Assembly (NCBI RefSeq): GCF_020745735.1
Contig: NC_083447.1
Coordinates: forward strand, 21,718,755 to 21,782,754
Direction of reading: 5' to 3'
From: Hemiscyllium ocellatum
Lineage: Eukaryota
Length of the DNA: 64,000 bases
Position numbers and translations under genes: made by a program. Within the stretch, counting starts at the first letter, position 1. Every line of letters starts with the position of its first letter. Below the pieces are notes generated by a model. It saw nothing but the letters and a program-made list of their open reading frames with translations, ran no database searches and was not told where the DNA came from. Positions 40,208 to 53,907 of the stretch are shown one piece after another.

Positions 40208-41973
40208 TTTTGTACTTTGACCAAACCTTTAATTATCTCGGGACAAAAACTCGAAAGGAATCTGGATTTTGTATTTTAATCAGCAGTCTACCTTCTAACT
40301 GGTTAAAGGAGTCAACCAGGGCAATTAGGTTTAAAGTTGCTAACTTTAGTTTAAATAAATATGGTGTCATTCATCTCCCTATCAGACCACACTTGAGGAA
40401 GGAGCGGAGCTCCGAAAGCTTGCAATTTTAAACAAATGCTTTGGACAATAACCAGGTATCATTTGATTTTTGATCTTGTCCACCCCAGTCCAATCTCCAC
40501 ATCATGAATAATATTTAGGGTGGGAACTGGATTAATGAATCTAAGTTAATGATCAAATGTACCCTCATTAGATTGGTTAAGGGGACAACAGGGTCTCTGT
40601 GAGGTTTATGATTCCTGAGCAACATACTCGAAGGGCACCCTCGGCTGGATAGTTGCTGAAAGAGAACGCCAACTCTTTGTTTTGTTTCTTTCCACATTTG
40701 TTTTTGTAACGTGTTTTATGTTGACCCTAATTCGCCAACTGTTCAAAACATTATCTACTGGCTGAACGAGTTCAATCCGTGGAAATCGTGTAGGACCCCA
40801 TACGTGTTAAATTTTGCTGTCACCTCCTTCTGAACCCTATGCTAACATATTCAATGCACAGTTCTGTCTTGTCCAACTCACACTCTAATCACAGGATCAT
40901 TACAGTGTAAAAGGAAACCATTCAGTTCATCAAGTCTGCACGGCTTTTTGAGCATTCTAACTTGGTTAAAAGTCTTCTGCTGTTTCCTGATAGGCCTGCG
41001 CATTATTTTTGTTTAAATACACGTCTAACTCCCTCTTGTGGACCTCAGTAAAACTCACCTGCGCAACAGTACCGAGTACTGCCTTCTATATTCCAATTAC
41101 CTGCTGTGTTGAAACGTTTTTCATTGGCTCGTATTTGCTTCTTTTGCAAAACTGCTCTAAAGCTTACTCTCTGGTCCTCGATCTCTTTCGAAGTGGACTC
41201 CCTATCTACCCTGTCAACAGCCGTGGCTTTTCAAACCTTCTGTCAAATCCTCGTTTGCCTTCTCCTCACCAAGGAGACCAATTTCAATGTTTTCAGTCTA
41301 TCCTCAGAACTGAAATGTTACATCCCCGGAACCATTCTTATAAACCTTTTCTGCACTCTCTCGATTGCATTCACAGCTTCAATTCCAGACCTGTTCACAG
41401 CCCTGCAGCTGAGCTTTAACCGTTGCCTTAAATAAACCCATAAAAATCTCCCTGCTCTTGCACTTTACCTCCCTATTTATGAAGGTTAGAATATTGTATG
41501 TTTTAATAACGGCTCTCTTCATCACATCGTACAAGAAGGTCACTCTGCTCCTGCACACCTTGTAGAATTTTACTTAACATTATACTCGCCATGTTTCTCC
41601 TGAATTTCCCTTCGGGATTATTTGTGACACTTAATCATTCTGTCCTAACCTTCCAGAACAGAAACATTTTCTGACATGAATCGTTTCATAATTATAAAGA
41701 GATTTATTAGATACGTTCTGAATGTTGTGGTTTCAACTGAAAGGGAAGGATTACTTTGAGTCTTTGTTGTAACTTCTCAGTCCTGACAACTTTCCTGTGT
41801 AGTTGCCTTTTCACGCTTCCTCGTGCTCCTCAATCTAGCCTTCCACTAACTCTTTCTCTCAAATGGCAAGCAAACACAGCAGGTCAAGAAAAAGCACAGT
41901 TTGGACGAAAGCAGCTGTAACCTGCTACCTTTGGGGTGTTTGTTGAAGTGCGACCTCTCTCTGAGACGCTGTG

Positions 41974-42444
41974 AACTCTCTCGCCGCAGTTATACACGCT
42001 TGAGTGATTCAGCCCAAGCTGGAAGTCTGCAGGCAGAACTAAGAGTCATTCGGTCTGTCGGCGGTAAAACCGTCCATTGGCTGGTTTGGAATCACAGACT
42101 GTGCAGTAAGGGAGTGAAACATCCGCTGCGACTCTTTGCCCGCTTGTTGCCTATACTAGTAAATGTAAGAATCGCGGTGCCCAGCATAGTGTACTTCAGT
42201 TCTCCTCTCTGCCGAGGATTGCTGCAGACAGCTGCGGGAGTCTGTCGGATATACTGCGAGTCGGCGCCTGGGATTAAGAAAACTAGTAAATTGGAGCATC
42301 CAGGTCAACGTCGAAAAATCGAAAGGGAAGTGGGAGTATGAAAGAAAGACAAAAAGCAAGGTAGAAACTAAAGCTAAACAACAGAAAATATGTGTAAAGC
42401 TTCTTGCAGCGAAAAATGATCAGAATGCGTAGTTACAGGGACAT
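41974..42444 (-). pseudogene. TRBV: TCR V pseudogene C3; leader 42444-42408, V exon 42267-41974
   Basis: TAA in leader, GC donor, first Cys to Tyr, frameshifts, TAG at the conserved Trp. RSS CACAGCG/23/ACAAACACC at 41973-41935. Confidence 0.85.
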
Positions 42445-44435
42445 CGTGTGTCTGCAATTTCTTAGTTAAGCGATGAGTGGAGAACAAGAGTTTAGGATAT
42501 TGCAGTGATATGCCGGCTTTCTGAGGATTCATCTTGACAATCAGAAAAAATATCAATTTGAAACTAATGCGCATAGCAGGAAGAGAGAACAATACTGCCA
42601 ATGCATCGAGGGCGTGTACCAAGTCCTCTAACTCGTTCGATCCAATCAGAATTAATGCGCGTGTTTCTTTGCAATTTCTCCTCAATCGGAGTTAATGAAA
42701 ATGCAAGCAATCACGTCCGGATTCCCGATTAGCCACGAGTGCATTGACAATATGATGACTGCAGATGCTGAAGATCTGAGTCAACACTGTGGTGCTGGAA
42801 AAGCACAGCAGGTCAGGCAGCCTCCGAGAAGGAGGAGAATCAACGTTTCGGGTATAAGCCCTTTATCAGGAATTGTACGTTAGGTTACACAAGTGGACAT
42901 ACCATGACTACTTCTGAACCAGAATGTCAGTTTGGACGAACTCAAAGGGTCTTTCTGTATTTCCGTTTTTAAATTTCAAAAATACAGTTTATTCCTGATG
43001 TCATCTCACCTTGAGCTTGGCACATTTCAACATTTTTATTGCCAGGAATATGTCTGAGACAATTGCTTATATTGATCATAACACTTTTCAGCTTTTGGGA
43101 AAAAATGATAAAAAGTCCAATTGTTTCTAACGAATCTTAGTATTGCAGCTATTCAATTTGAAACTAATGCACATAGCAGGAAGAGAGAACAATACTGCCA
43201 ATGCATTGTTGCGACTGAGATGAAGGAAGACAGAGGCATTTGAAGGCAGGAAAAGTGGAATGAATGGACTATCGTAATCGATGTTTGCATGTTTAGAGTC
43301 AATATAATGTATTGATGGTTTATTTTTAAGGGGTGATCTGTGGTGCTACTATGGCTTTAACAAGTGTCTTACTTTTTTATGAAGATGGTTGAGACAGAGG
43401 TGATGACCAGTCTGCTCGAGGTCAATGAAGTAAACAGCTTGTGAGGCCTTGGGCCTTTTTGTTTAAAGCTGGTTCAGTAGAAGCAATCGAGGTGGGCAGG
43501 ATCAAGCTCCCACAGAACCAGGATTTTTAGATTTAACGGGTATTTGCGGGGATATTAAATGTAGAAGCTCTTATTCCTCTCTACTGCAACTAAAAGCCGG
43601 GGTTCTGTTCTTGCTGCTAGAATTACATATGAGGCAATGTATTTTACTGAATTTGCCTTTCCCAATGGTGTGTAGAGGCGATGTTACCATTTTGGAACAG
43701 TTCATTAGTAACATTTAATATATATTGATTTGATAAGCGTTTGGATGAAGTTACAGTTAAGCCAATTCTTTTCTTGACTTTAACTGTTACTATATAGTGA
43801 GTTTTACTTAAAATGGAGTCAATTGACTAATCAAATTGCACGGGGAAAGCAACGTCTTATTTTTAAAATACGGAAATGCTATTGCCTAGACTAGCTTCTT
43901 AATATATTTTGAGTGTTTTGATCTGGTCCGTAACCGGGGATCTAATAGAAATCTACAAAATGGCAACAGGATTTGGAACGGCTCAACGCAGGAAGTCCCT
44001 TTCCGATGACCAGGGAGTTCAGAACTGCGGATCACAGTTAATGAGAGAGAGTAGGCCTCTTACGAATTAAAACGACGGGAAATTTATTCAACTAGAACAT
44101 AGTGAACCTGTGGAATTTTCTGAAACAGATAAGTGCTGACAGCAAAAATAAATGCATGTATTCAGAAAGGAGTTAGATACAGCAAAATGTTCGTCAACGT
44201 CGTTCAGTTCTTTCCAAAGTGAAAATCCCTCCGCTCTGGTATCATTGCTGTGACGTTATTGCTTTTTAAAAATCTCCGGCTGCACATTTGTCTTGTCGCT
44301 GTAAATGGGGAGGGAAGAGAGATGGGTCTTAGGGCTGCCCTCAACAGGCCGAAAGAATGAGCGATGTCGTTGACAGCTGCTTCCGGCTGTCTTTGGGGTT
44401 TTTGTTGAGCTGCTCTATCTCCCTGAGTCACTGTG

Positions 44436-44864
44436 AATACTCCAGGCACAGTAATAAATAGCCGAGTGATGCGCCTGCAGGTTGCGAGACCTCATGTTAA
44501 AGTCAGAGCCACTCGGTCGTGTGGCGGTGAAACCGTCCGCCGCTCCTTCGCCATTCACAAGTTCTGCACCTGCAGAATAAAACATCAACTGCAGCTCCTT
44601 TCCCGGGTATTATCTGTACCAGTACATGTAACCACTGCTCTCACCCTTCACCCTGCACCTCAACTCCACTGACTTGCCGAGGGGTCTGGAGATGCGGCCG
44701 GAAGTCTGAACGACTAGAAAGGGAAAAGGTCAGTAAACAGAGCAATTGTTACCGAGAAGGAGAAAGGAAAGGAATAGAGAGTAAATAAGGGTTGTTCCCT
44801 CAAATTATTAGATGAACAATCACTTACATTGCAATAACGTCACGAGGCTCAGTAAGAGATACAT
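44436..44864 (-). pseudogene. TRBV: TCR V pseudogene B3; leader 44864-44828, V exon 44713-44436
   Basis: 18-nt loss at the exon start and a TAA at 44612-44610 (WYR*). Remainder is in frame to YYCAWS. RSS CACAGTG/23/ACAAAAACC at 44435-44397. Confidence 0.9.
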
Positions 44865-46935
44865 CTTTTTTACGTTCATCTTTTCCTGTATGAACGCGAA
44901 CAGAGTCCAATCTTGTCTGGAACTGGAACCAGCTGCTTTCAAATCAATGAGAGAAATGTAACGGATTCAGAAAATGACTTAGGTGTGCACATGCCCCTCC
45001 CCCTCAGATGAAAAAACCCCGTCTCTCCCTCTCTCTTTCTGGCAGTGAAAGTGGTGAACAGGAGGTTTCCAAAGGGAAGAGTTAGTGGACAAAACAGTAA
45101 CAGATACAGCTCAAGGTGGGGTTCTGTTGATTTGTGGGATTCGTGAACCACAGTTGCCTGATATTGACAGTCGACAATTTGTAGCAATAGTTGATATTTT
45201 GTTGAATTTGTAAAGAAGCAGCAGTTTCATTTGATTAAGAAAATATCGGACCGTGACATATGAGAACAGTTCACCGATCCCGAAACCCTTCTGTAGAAGG
45301 GAGGAGAGCGAGCGGCGGTTTTGGATCATACCTGAAGCTTTGGTGATACTCTTTGCTAATAAAAGACTTGTTTGACTCTCGGGTTGATTACATACGAGGC
45401 ATTCTATTTTACTGAATTTGCCTTTGCCTCAGGAACGTAGAGGGGCTGTTACTATTTTGTAACAGTTCATTAGTAATTTTTGGACAATCCCTGGTCATCT
45501 CCCAACTACATTGGTTTCGTTTCCCTGGACCCTCTCATTTTTTCGAGGTGATTTCTTCCTTCAGTGAACTTGTGGAATTCTCCATTATGGAAGGCAGTTG
45601 AGGCCTAGTTACTGAATATATTCAAGAAATAGATTAGATTACTTACAGTGTGGAAACAGGCCCTTCGGCCCAACAAGTCCACATCATGATCCGTGATCAT
45701 ATTGAATAGCAGATTCGACTCGAAGATATGAACTGCTTACCAGCGATGATCCCAGCGATGATCTTTCGATGTCCAACGGTTAAAGTCGACGCAAGTTACT
45801 TAAGTCTCCCATGGCGACGAAAGTTGAGAGATTGACGATCTTATAGAATTTAAGGAGGATTTCTTCGCCTTCACAGAGTTTTTGTTCCCTCAGTCAAGAT
45901 GTCTCGTATTTACTCTCTCCCCAAAGCGTAGCCAATGTTGCTGGTCAGTTCAAGACGGAAACTAATTAGGTCACTGTGTAAACGAATGGTTAGTAGATGT
46001 GAGTAGACCGAATTTACGCATTCTCCACTCTGGTCTATTTGATTGCCAGCGCAAGTTTGAGGGACAATTTGGTCTCTGTTCCTGTCCCAGCCCCAGGTGC
46101 ATTTCATGGTGTTAAAGCGCCCTCTAATGCACCAATAGAAAAATAATGTAAATTATTTCTGGTGTCTTTTCACTGATAACTTCGGTTTCCATTAATTTGC
46201 CTTCCTTTTTCTATCAATTGCTTCTTTTCAGTGCATTCTTCTAAATCCATTCTGCGATCTCCGAATTCCACATTCTCACACTCTCGAAAAAAAACGTTTT
46301 TTCTCCTGACTTCCCGTTCAGATTTACTCTTCTCGAGTTTAGAAGTTTCCCAGAGCCTAAACTATTGATACAACTTTTCAACAGCTTCCTGCTTTTCAGC
46401 ACATACGAACCTATTCAAACTTTCTTGGCGTTTGAGAGTTTTCTCTTTATTCAATTTCATACTCACCCTCAACACTATCACCCTCCCATGAAGCATGTAT
46501 TGCAACAGTTGCAGAAAAGATCTATGAGAACGTTGCTTGTCTTGGGAGGTATTGAAGCGTCAGAGGATGAAAGGCGATGTGATGGAAGTTTATAAAATTG
46601 AGAGGCATGAATAGAATGGACAGTCTTTTCCCTCGGGGTAGAAATGTCATTTACTTGGAGTCATAAGTTTAAGGTAAAAAGGAGTAAGTTTAAAGGAAAT
46701 ATGACAGGCACGTTTTTGTTCAAAAAAATCTCAGGCTGCTAAGTGCTGGAATGCGCCAGTACAGAAGGTGCTGGAGTCGGATGCAACAGCAACTTTTAAG
46801 AGTCATCTTGACGTATACACGAAGAGGCAGGGAATACAGCCTAGAGGTTTCCAGTTCAGAAAGGCATCGAGACAGAGTTGAAGGATTTGTTCCCGTGCTC
46901 CATGTTTTGTGTTAACAATATCCCTACACATCATT

Positions 46936-47253
46936 GTGGGCGGCACGGTGGCACAGTGGTTAGCACTGCTGCTTCACAGCGCCTGTAGACCCGGGTTCAA
47001 TTCACCGACTCAGGCGACTGACTGTGTGGAGTTTGCACGTTCTCCCCGTGTCTGCGTGGGTTTCCTCCGGGTGCTCCGGTTTCCTCCCACAGTCCAAAGA
47101 TGTGCGGGTCAGGTGAATTGGCCAAGCTAAATTGCCCGTAGTGTTAGGTAAGGGGTAAATGTAGGGGTATGGGTGGGTTGCGCTTCGGCGGGTCGGTGTG
47201 GACTTGTTGGGCCGAAGGGCCTGTTTCCACACTGTAAGTCTAATCTAATCTAA
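46936..47253 (+). mobile_element. HE1/V-SINE-like element, full length
   Basis: Boxes A and B, conserved core, (TCTAA)n tail; absent at the copy-2 paralogous site. Confidence 0.88.
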
Positions 47254-47354
47254 TTACTTTTTTTTTATTCCCGCCCTTGTTGCCCATAACTTTACAAAAC
47301 CAGGAAAATTTCGTTAGGTTTTGACGATAACAGTTGCTTTCTGTCATAGTTTGG

Positions 47355-47393
47355 GGTTTTTGTTGAGCTGCTCCCTCTCGCTGAATCACTGTG
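47355..47393 (-). other. 23-RSS of D3
   Basis: CACAGTG, 23-nt spacer, ACAAAAACC. Confidence 0.95.
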
Positions 47394-47910
47394 AAGACTC
47401 CAGGCGCAGTAATACACGGCTGAGTGATTCGCTTGGAGGTTGGAGGATTTCAGGCTGAACTTGGTGTTACTCGGTCTGTCAGCGGTGAAACCGTCCACTG
47501 GCTTTTGTGGAATCACGTACTGTGCTGTACTGGAGTAAAACATCAGCTGCAGCTCTTTTCCTGGGGACTGTTTGTACCAGTACAAGTAGAGAGTACTACT
47601 GCTGCTGCCCTCCACATTGCACTCCAGTTTCACTCCCTCTCCGGGAAATTTGGAGACGGCGGTGGGGTTCTGGTGGATAGTCTGTGATTTCACATCTGAG
47701 GAAAAGACGGGGAGAGGAAGAGGTCAGTAATTGGGGATAGAGTCATGGAGAAAGTAAAAAGAAAGGTAAAGAATGTGGAAAAGAAGTATACACAGAGAAA
47801 TAGAATGAGAGCAGGAGTGAAGGATAGCCGGTTGAAAGAAATTTTCATGTTTGTAAGTTAGACAGTCCCTTACGGTGAAACGCGGTGAACAGAGTCAGCA
47901 ACAGATACAT
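47394..47910 (-). CDS. TRBV: TCR V segment D3, apparently functional; leader 47910-47874, V exon 47695-47394
   Basis: Leader MYLLLTLFTAFH; VKSQTIHQNP...KLEC...LYWYKQSPGKELQLMFY...ANHSAVYYCAWS is open with canonical splice sites. Confidence 0.9.
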
Positions 47911-48961
47911 CTTCCACTTCAAGGTAACCTTTTTTTTTAGTGAAATTTGTCGTTTGTGAGAATTGGAAATATAGTGCACCTCCCCTCCCTCTGATGGAAT
48001 GCCGAGCCCTTCTTTCTTCCGCACATTGATATGGCCCCGCCCCATGCCAGTTTCCGCCCAGCCGCTCCCACCCTGATTGGATGATCCGGAGCTGCCAGCC
48101 GTACGAACTATTCAACATCCCTTGGGGATTGGCGGAGGAACAATATTGTGGAGAGGCCACGGCTCTATTTCATGAAAACTATAACAAAAGGCTATATGGA
48201 CAGAACAGTCATCAAGAGGGAGAGTGCAATCACTTTGCTGAGATTGTTCTATCAATAGCCAGCCGATGACAGACGAACAGATATGTGGACAGATTATGTG
48301 GGACAAAAATGACGACAGGATTGGTGTGGTGGGTGATTTTGACTTCTATATTGACTGGGACTCGCTGAGTGCCTGTGGCATGAATGTCCAACTAGGGGAG
48401 GGATATGTTCGGTCTGGAATTGAGAAGGAGCCCTGTCACGTGATTAAAAATTCAGTGGAGGTACATTCTGTAAGTTTTAAGTGGATACGTATATCAGTGT
48501 ACTCAAATGAAAAAAAAACTGCATAGAGTCTAATTAACACAGTATTAGGCTGGAACAGATGACAGCTGTTTAAAGATAAGTCTGGCAAGTGGAAATCTTT
48601 TAAAGACGAGTTGAATGGAGTTCAGGACCATTTGGTTCTGATGGATGATAAGATTCAGGAATCTTGGACACAAAAGAAAGTGAGAGATGACTCAAAGAGA
48701 TCCCGAAGAATATCAAGATTGCAAGAATGAACTCAAACAAGCAATTAGGATGGATGAAAGTGGCAATAAAATATCTTTAGAAAACAAGATGATGGAAAAT
48801 CCGAAGACATTTTGTACATAAGGAGCAAGAGAAGAGCTAGAGTTAAAGTAGGTCCCCTCATGGACAAAGGAGAGAACTAGTGCATGGAGGGAGAAGAAGT
48901 GGATGAGGTTCTTACTGAGTACTTTGTATTGGTATTCACAAAGGAGGAGGACATGGTGAAT

Positions 48962-50860
48962 CTGGCTGACCCATTGTCTCAGCATGCTCCTCCCCCACTG
49001 AACTCATCTCTACCTACCTCGTCACTGTCCTATTCCCCCCTAGTCCAGGAAATCCACACATACGTTCAAGACACCACCCATGCCCTCCACCTCCTCCAAG
49101 ACTTCTGTTTCCCCGGCCCCCAATGCCTCATCTTCAGCATGGATATCCAATCCCTCTACACCTCCATCCGCCATGACCAGGGCCTCCAAGCCCTCCATCT
49201 TTTCCTCTCCAGACGTCCCCAACAGTACCCTTCCACCGACACTCCCATTCGTTTGGCCGAACTGGTCCTCACCCTTAACAATTTCTCCTTTGAATCCACC
49301 AACTTCCTCCAGACCAAAGCGGTAGCCATGGGCACACGTATGGGCCCTAGCTATGCCTGTCTGTTTGTTGGCTACGTAGAACAGTTGATCTTCTGTAATT
49401 ACACCGGCACCACTCCCCACCTCTTCCTCCGCTACATTGATGACTGCATTCGCGCCGCCTTGTGCTCCCGCGAGGAGGTTGAGCAATTCATCAACTTTAC
49501 CAACACATTCCACCCTGACCTTAAATTTACCTGGATCATCTCTGACACCTCCCTCCCCTTCCTGAACCTCTCCATCTCCATTAATGACGACAGACTTGAC
49601 ACTGACATTTTTTACAAACCCACCGACTCCCACAGCTACCTGGATTGCACCTCTTCCCACCCTATCTCTTGCAAAAATACCATCCCATATTTCCAATTCC
49701 TCCGCTTCCACCGTATCTGCTCCCAGGAGGACCAGTTCCACCATAGAACACACCAGATGGCCTCCTTCTTTAGAGACCGCAATTTCCCTTCCCACGTGGT
49801 TAAAGATGCCCTCCAACACATCTCGTCCACATCCCACACCTCCACCATCAGACCACACCCCTCCAACCGTAACAAGGACAGAATGCCCCGGTGCTCACCT
49901 TCCATCCTACCAACCTTTGCTTAAATCAAATCATCTGCCGACATTTCCCCCTCCTCCAAAAAGACCCCACCACCAGGGATATATTTCCCTCCCTACCCCT
50001 TTCTGCCTTCCACAAAGACTGTTCCCTCCGTGACTACCTGGTCAGGTCCACACACCCCTACGACCCACCCTCCCATCCTGGCACTTTCCCCTGCCACCGC
50101 AGGAACTGTAAAACCTGTGCCTGCACCTCCTCCCTCACCTCTATCCAAGGCCCTAAAGGAGCCTTCCATATCCATTAAAGTTTTACCTACGCATCCACTA
50201 ATATCATTTATTGTATCCGTTGCTCCCGATGCGGTCTCCTCTACATTCGGGAGGCTGGGCGCCTCCTAGCAGAGCACTTTAGGGAACATCTCGGAGACAC
50301 CCGCACCAATCAACCACACTGCCCCGTGGCCCAACATTTCAACTCCCCCTCCCACTCTGCCGAAGACATGAAGGTCCTGGGCCTCCTTCACTGCCACTCT
50401 CTCACCACCAGATGCATGGAGGAAGAACGCCTCATCTTCTGCCTTGGAACACTTCAACCCCAGGGCATCAATGTGGACTTCAACAGTTTTCTCATTTCCC
50501 CTTCCCCCACCTCATCCTAGTTTCAAACTTCCAGTTCAGCACTGTCCCCATGACTTGTCCGAACTTGTCCGACATCCTAGCTCCTTTTCCACCTATCCAC
50601 TCTAACCTCCCCTCCCTGACCTAACACCTTCATCTCCTCCCCCACTCACCCATTGTTCTCTATGCTACTCTCTCCCCATCCCCACCCTCCTCTAGCTTAT
50701 CTCTCCATGCTTCCAGCTCACTGCCTTTATTCCTGATGAAGGGCTTTTGCCCGAAACGTCAATTTCGCTGCTGTTTGGATGCTGCCTACACTGCTGTGCT
50801 CTTCCAGCACCACTGATCCAGAATCTGGTTTCCAGCATCTGCAGTCATTGTTTTTACCAC
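48962..50860 (+). mobile_element. 5'-truncated, disrupted Penelope-like element (Neptune-like), 10-bp TSD CATGGTGAAT
   Basis: RT motifs SMDIQSLYTSI, AMGTRMGPSYA, LRYIDD; Cys linker PCHRRNCKTC; GIY-YIG IIYCIRCSRCGLLYI. Frameshift near 49880 and stop at 50176. TSD at 48952-48961 and 50861-50870; the empty site is at about 34612. Hammerhead core CTGATGA...GAAACGTC at 50733-50760. Confidence 0.92.
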
Positions 50861-51237
50861 CATGGTGAATGGCCTGTCTCATGAGGGGTATGTTGATTTT
50901 CTGGGTCATATCAATATGAAAAAGGAGAAGGTTTTGAGAGTTTTAAAATGCATTAAGATAAACACACTCTCAGGATCTGATGGGTTCTATCTCAAAATAT
51001 TGACGGAGACAGGTGAGGAAATTGCTGGGACCTTGTATGAAATGCTTGTCTCCTCTTTAGTCTGGGAGTGATCCCAATAGACTGGAGAATAGCCAGTCCT
51101 TTACTTAAGAAGAGCAGCAGAATTAAACTAAAATATAATTGCATGCCACTAAGCTTTACATCAGTACCAGTGAAATTATTGTAAAAGATTCTTAGGGATA
51201 GGATTTAGTCACATTTAGAAAAATATGGATGTACTAC

Positions 51238-51838
51238 TGTTGTGTTTTGTAGTCAGTTTCTTTTTTTAATGAAGAAAGGTTTAGACAAACGTATCTGCTC
51301 CAAGCCCATAAAATAAACAGCTTGTAAAGCCTTGTTTCTTTTTAAAGTTGCAACATTCAAAGCAGCTTGAATGTGTGGGGCCAAAATCCCAGAGAACCAG
51401 GAGTTTTAGTTTAGCTTTCAGTCGTTTTTGCTGGGAACCTGAAGCTGGATGTGAATGTTTTTGTTCCTCTCTCTAGTGCAGCTAAAAGCTGGGTTGTCTT
51501 CCTGGTGCTAGATATACATGTGTGACAAACAATATTACTGAATTTGCCTTTGCAAGAGTGAGTTTATGATTTGTTGCTACATTGAAACAGTTAATGAGCT
51601 GTTCAATATTTTGTTAAACTTTTCAATTGTTCCAGTTAAGCTAATTCTTTTCTTTTGTCTTAGATTGTCTGTATTTTAATCGTTATCTCTGAGTAAAGTG
51701 TGTTTTACTTGTAGACCACAGTCTTGATCAACCGAATATTCCCAGATTACCTGCCCTTTGCTTTTACCATAAGGAAGTTAGGGTGTAGGCTATCTCCTTG
51801 ACATGTTTTGAGGGAGTTTACTCTGGACCATAGCAACA
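51238..51838. mobile_element. Probable solo LTR-like repeat (related copies about 18608-19212, 13240-14195, 28540-29135, 43330-43935, 61670-62560, 3612-4062)
   Basis: TGT...ACA ends and a shared internal motif TACTGAATTTGCCTTTGC(C)AAG. Family identity is inferred. Confidence 0.45.
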
Positions 51839-53542
51839 GCAGCATGGATTTATGTAGGGAAGGTTGTTTCTCACAAACGTGGCTAACCTTTTTTTTGAAG
51901 AAATGACAAAGATGGTTAAGGGCAGGGTGGTAGATGTTGTCTATATAGGGTTGAGCAAGGTCTTTGACGAGTTGGGGGGCTGATATAAAAGGTGATGTCA
52001 CATGTGATCAACAGTGAGCTAGTACGGAGGAGTATACAGAACTGGCTTAATCATAGAAGACAGAGAGTAGCAGTGGAAGGTTGTATTTCTGATTGGGGAT
52101 TTGTGACCAGTGATGTTCTGCAGGGATCAGTGCAAGGAACCCTGTTATTTGTAATACATATACAAATAATATGGAGGAAAATGTAGGTTGTCTGATTACT
52201 AAGTTTGTGGATCACACAATGATTGATGGAGCTGCGGATAGTGAGAAGGACTGATAGAAGATAGAGCAGGATATAGATAGGGTGGAGGCATGGGCCCTAT
52301 TTAATCTGGAGTTTAATCTGGAAAATGTGAGGTGATAGTATTTTGAAAGATCTAATGCAGGATGGAAGTATACTGTAAGTGGTAGAACTCGTTGTAGCAT
52401 CATAATACAGAGGGTTCTAAGTGTACAGATCTACAATTCCCTGAAAGTGGCAACATAAGTTGGTCAAGAAACACAGAACATGTTTGCTTTCATCAGTTAT
52501 GACATAGATTATAAAAACTGGCAAGTACTGTTGCTGCTGTATAAAACTTCAGTTTGTTCATATTTCAAATGTTGTGTACAATTCCAGTCACCATAATACT
52601 AACAGGATGGGGAGGCTTTTGAGAAGGTGCAGAAATGGTTTACCAGGATGTTGCCTAGTTTGAAGGATATTAACAATGAGGAGATATTGGACAAACATAA
52701 TTTGTTTTCACTTGACCATTGAAGGATGAGGTGCAACCTAATAGAGGTTTATAAATTGAGAGATGTGGATAGTTGGAGTCTTTTTCCCAGGGTAGAAATG
52801 CCAATTACTAGGTATTTTTTTAACAAAAAGATGTGGAGGCATGTCTTTCAGAAATAAGGTGGTAAATGTGTGTAATGCACTGCCAGAAGTGGTGGTTCAA
52901 GCGGATACAATAACCACATTTTAAGATGCACCTGGCCAGACACATGAATAGGCAAAGGATAGAGGTAGTCAAGATTAGAATGGTACTGGAAAAGCACAGT
53001 AGTTCAGAGAGCATTCGAGTAGTAGGAAAATCGAAGTAAATAAAGGCTGGTGATATGGGTGAGGAAACATTTTGGAAGGTAGAGTGTGATGTGGAAAAAT
53101 GCAGAAGTTTTTGATTTTTCAAGTCAAATATTTTAGGAGAGACCTGACCAGCGCACAATTTCAGAAGGCAGCAGAGTTCAGGCACATAGCTGTTTATTCC
53201 AGCAATTGCCGGTATTATACATGGAGTGGCACTCGACAGCTGCACACAGCACTGTGTCAAATGTACTCCAGCCTCGTGCAAACAGATTCTGAGTTTAACT
53301 ATTTTCCGTGTCCCTCTCTGAAATCGCTGTGCGCATCTGCTCCCCTGTATAAAATTGGGGAATGGTGCTGGGTTGTCAAACTGTGATTAGATCTTTTTTA
53401 CATCATTCTATGCCAACAATTTGCTTGCTGCTGTGTGTTCAATTTCCAAGTAATTAGATAGGGAACTTTCAAGTTTCTCATCGCAGGAAATTCAAAGGAA
53501 TATTGATTATTGATTAGTTTCAACAAACCTAAGTGGTTACAT

Positions 53543-53907
53543 GGAACATAGAACATAGAACAATACAGCACAGAACAGGCCCTTCGGCCCACGATGTTGT
53601 GCCGAACATTTGTCCTAGCTTAAGCACCTATCCATGTACCTATCCAATTGCCGCTTAAAGGTCGCCAATGATTCTGACTCTGCCACTCCCACAGACAGCG
53701 CATTCCATGCCCCCACCACTCTCTGGGTTAAGAACCTATCCCTGACATCCCCCCTATACCATACACCCTTCACCTTAAATTTATGCCCCCTTGTAACACT
53801 CTGTTGTACCTGGGGAAAAAGTGTCTGACTGTCTACTCTATCTATTCCCCTGGTCACTTATAAACCTCTATCAAGTCACCCCTCATTCTTCGCCGTTCCA
53901 ATGAGAA
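53543..53907 (-). mobile_element. 3' fragment of the same CR1 family
   Basis: Near-identical to 15470-15840, including the (TTCTATG)n tail; copy-4 specific. Confidence 0.85.

Larger units (their letters stand above)
34861..51183. repeat. Tandem cassette copy 3 (A3-C3-B3-D3)
   Basis: Colinear. The junction at about 34860 lacks about 1.35 kb that is present at about 51115-52470. Confidence 0.8.

Noticed and set aside
49040-49858. Long antisense ORFs over the PLE, V exons and SINEs
   Set aside because: Shadow ORFs of coding or repeat sequence with no recognisable motifs.
48884-49924. 346-aa ORF as a host gene or fusion
   Set aside because: Chance in-frame join of a CR1 relic and an inserted PLE RT, delimited by TSDs.
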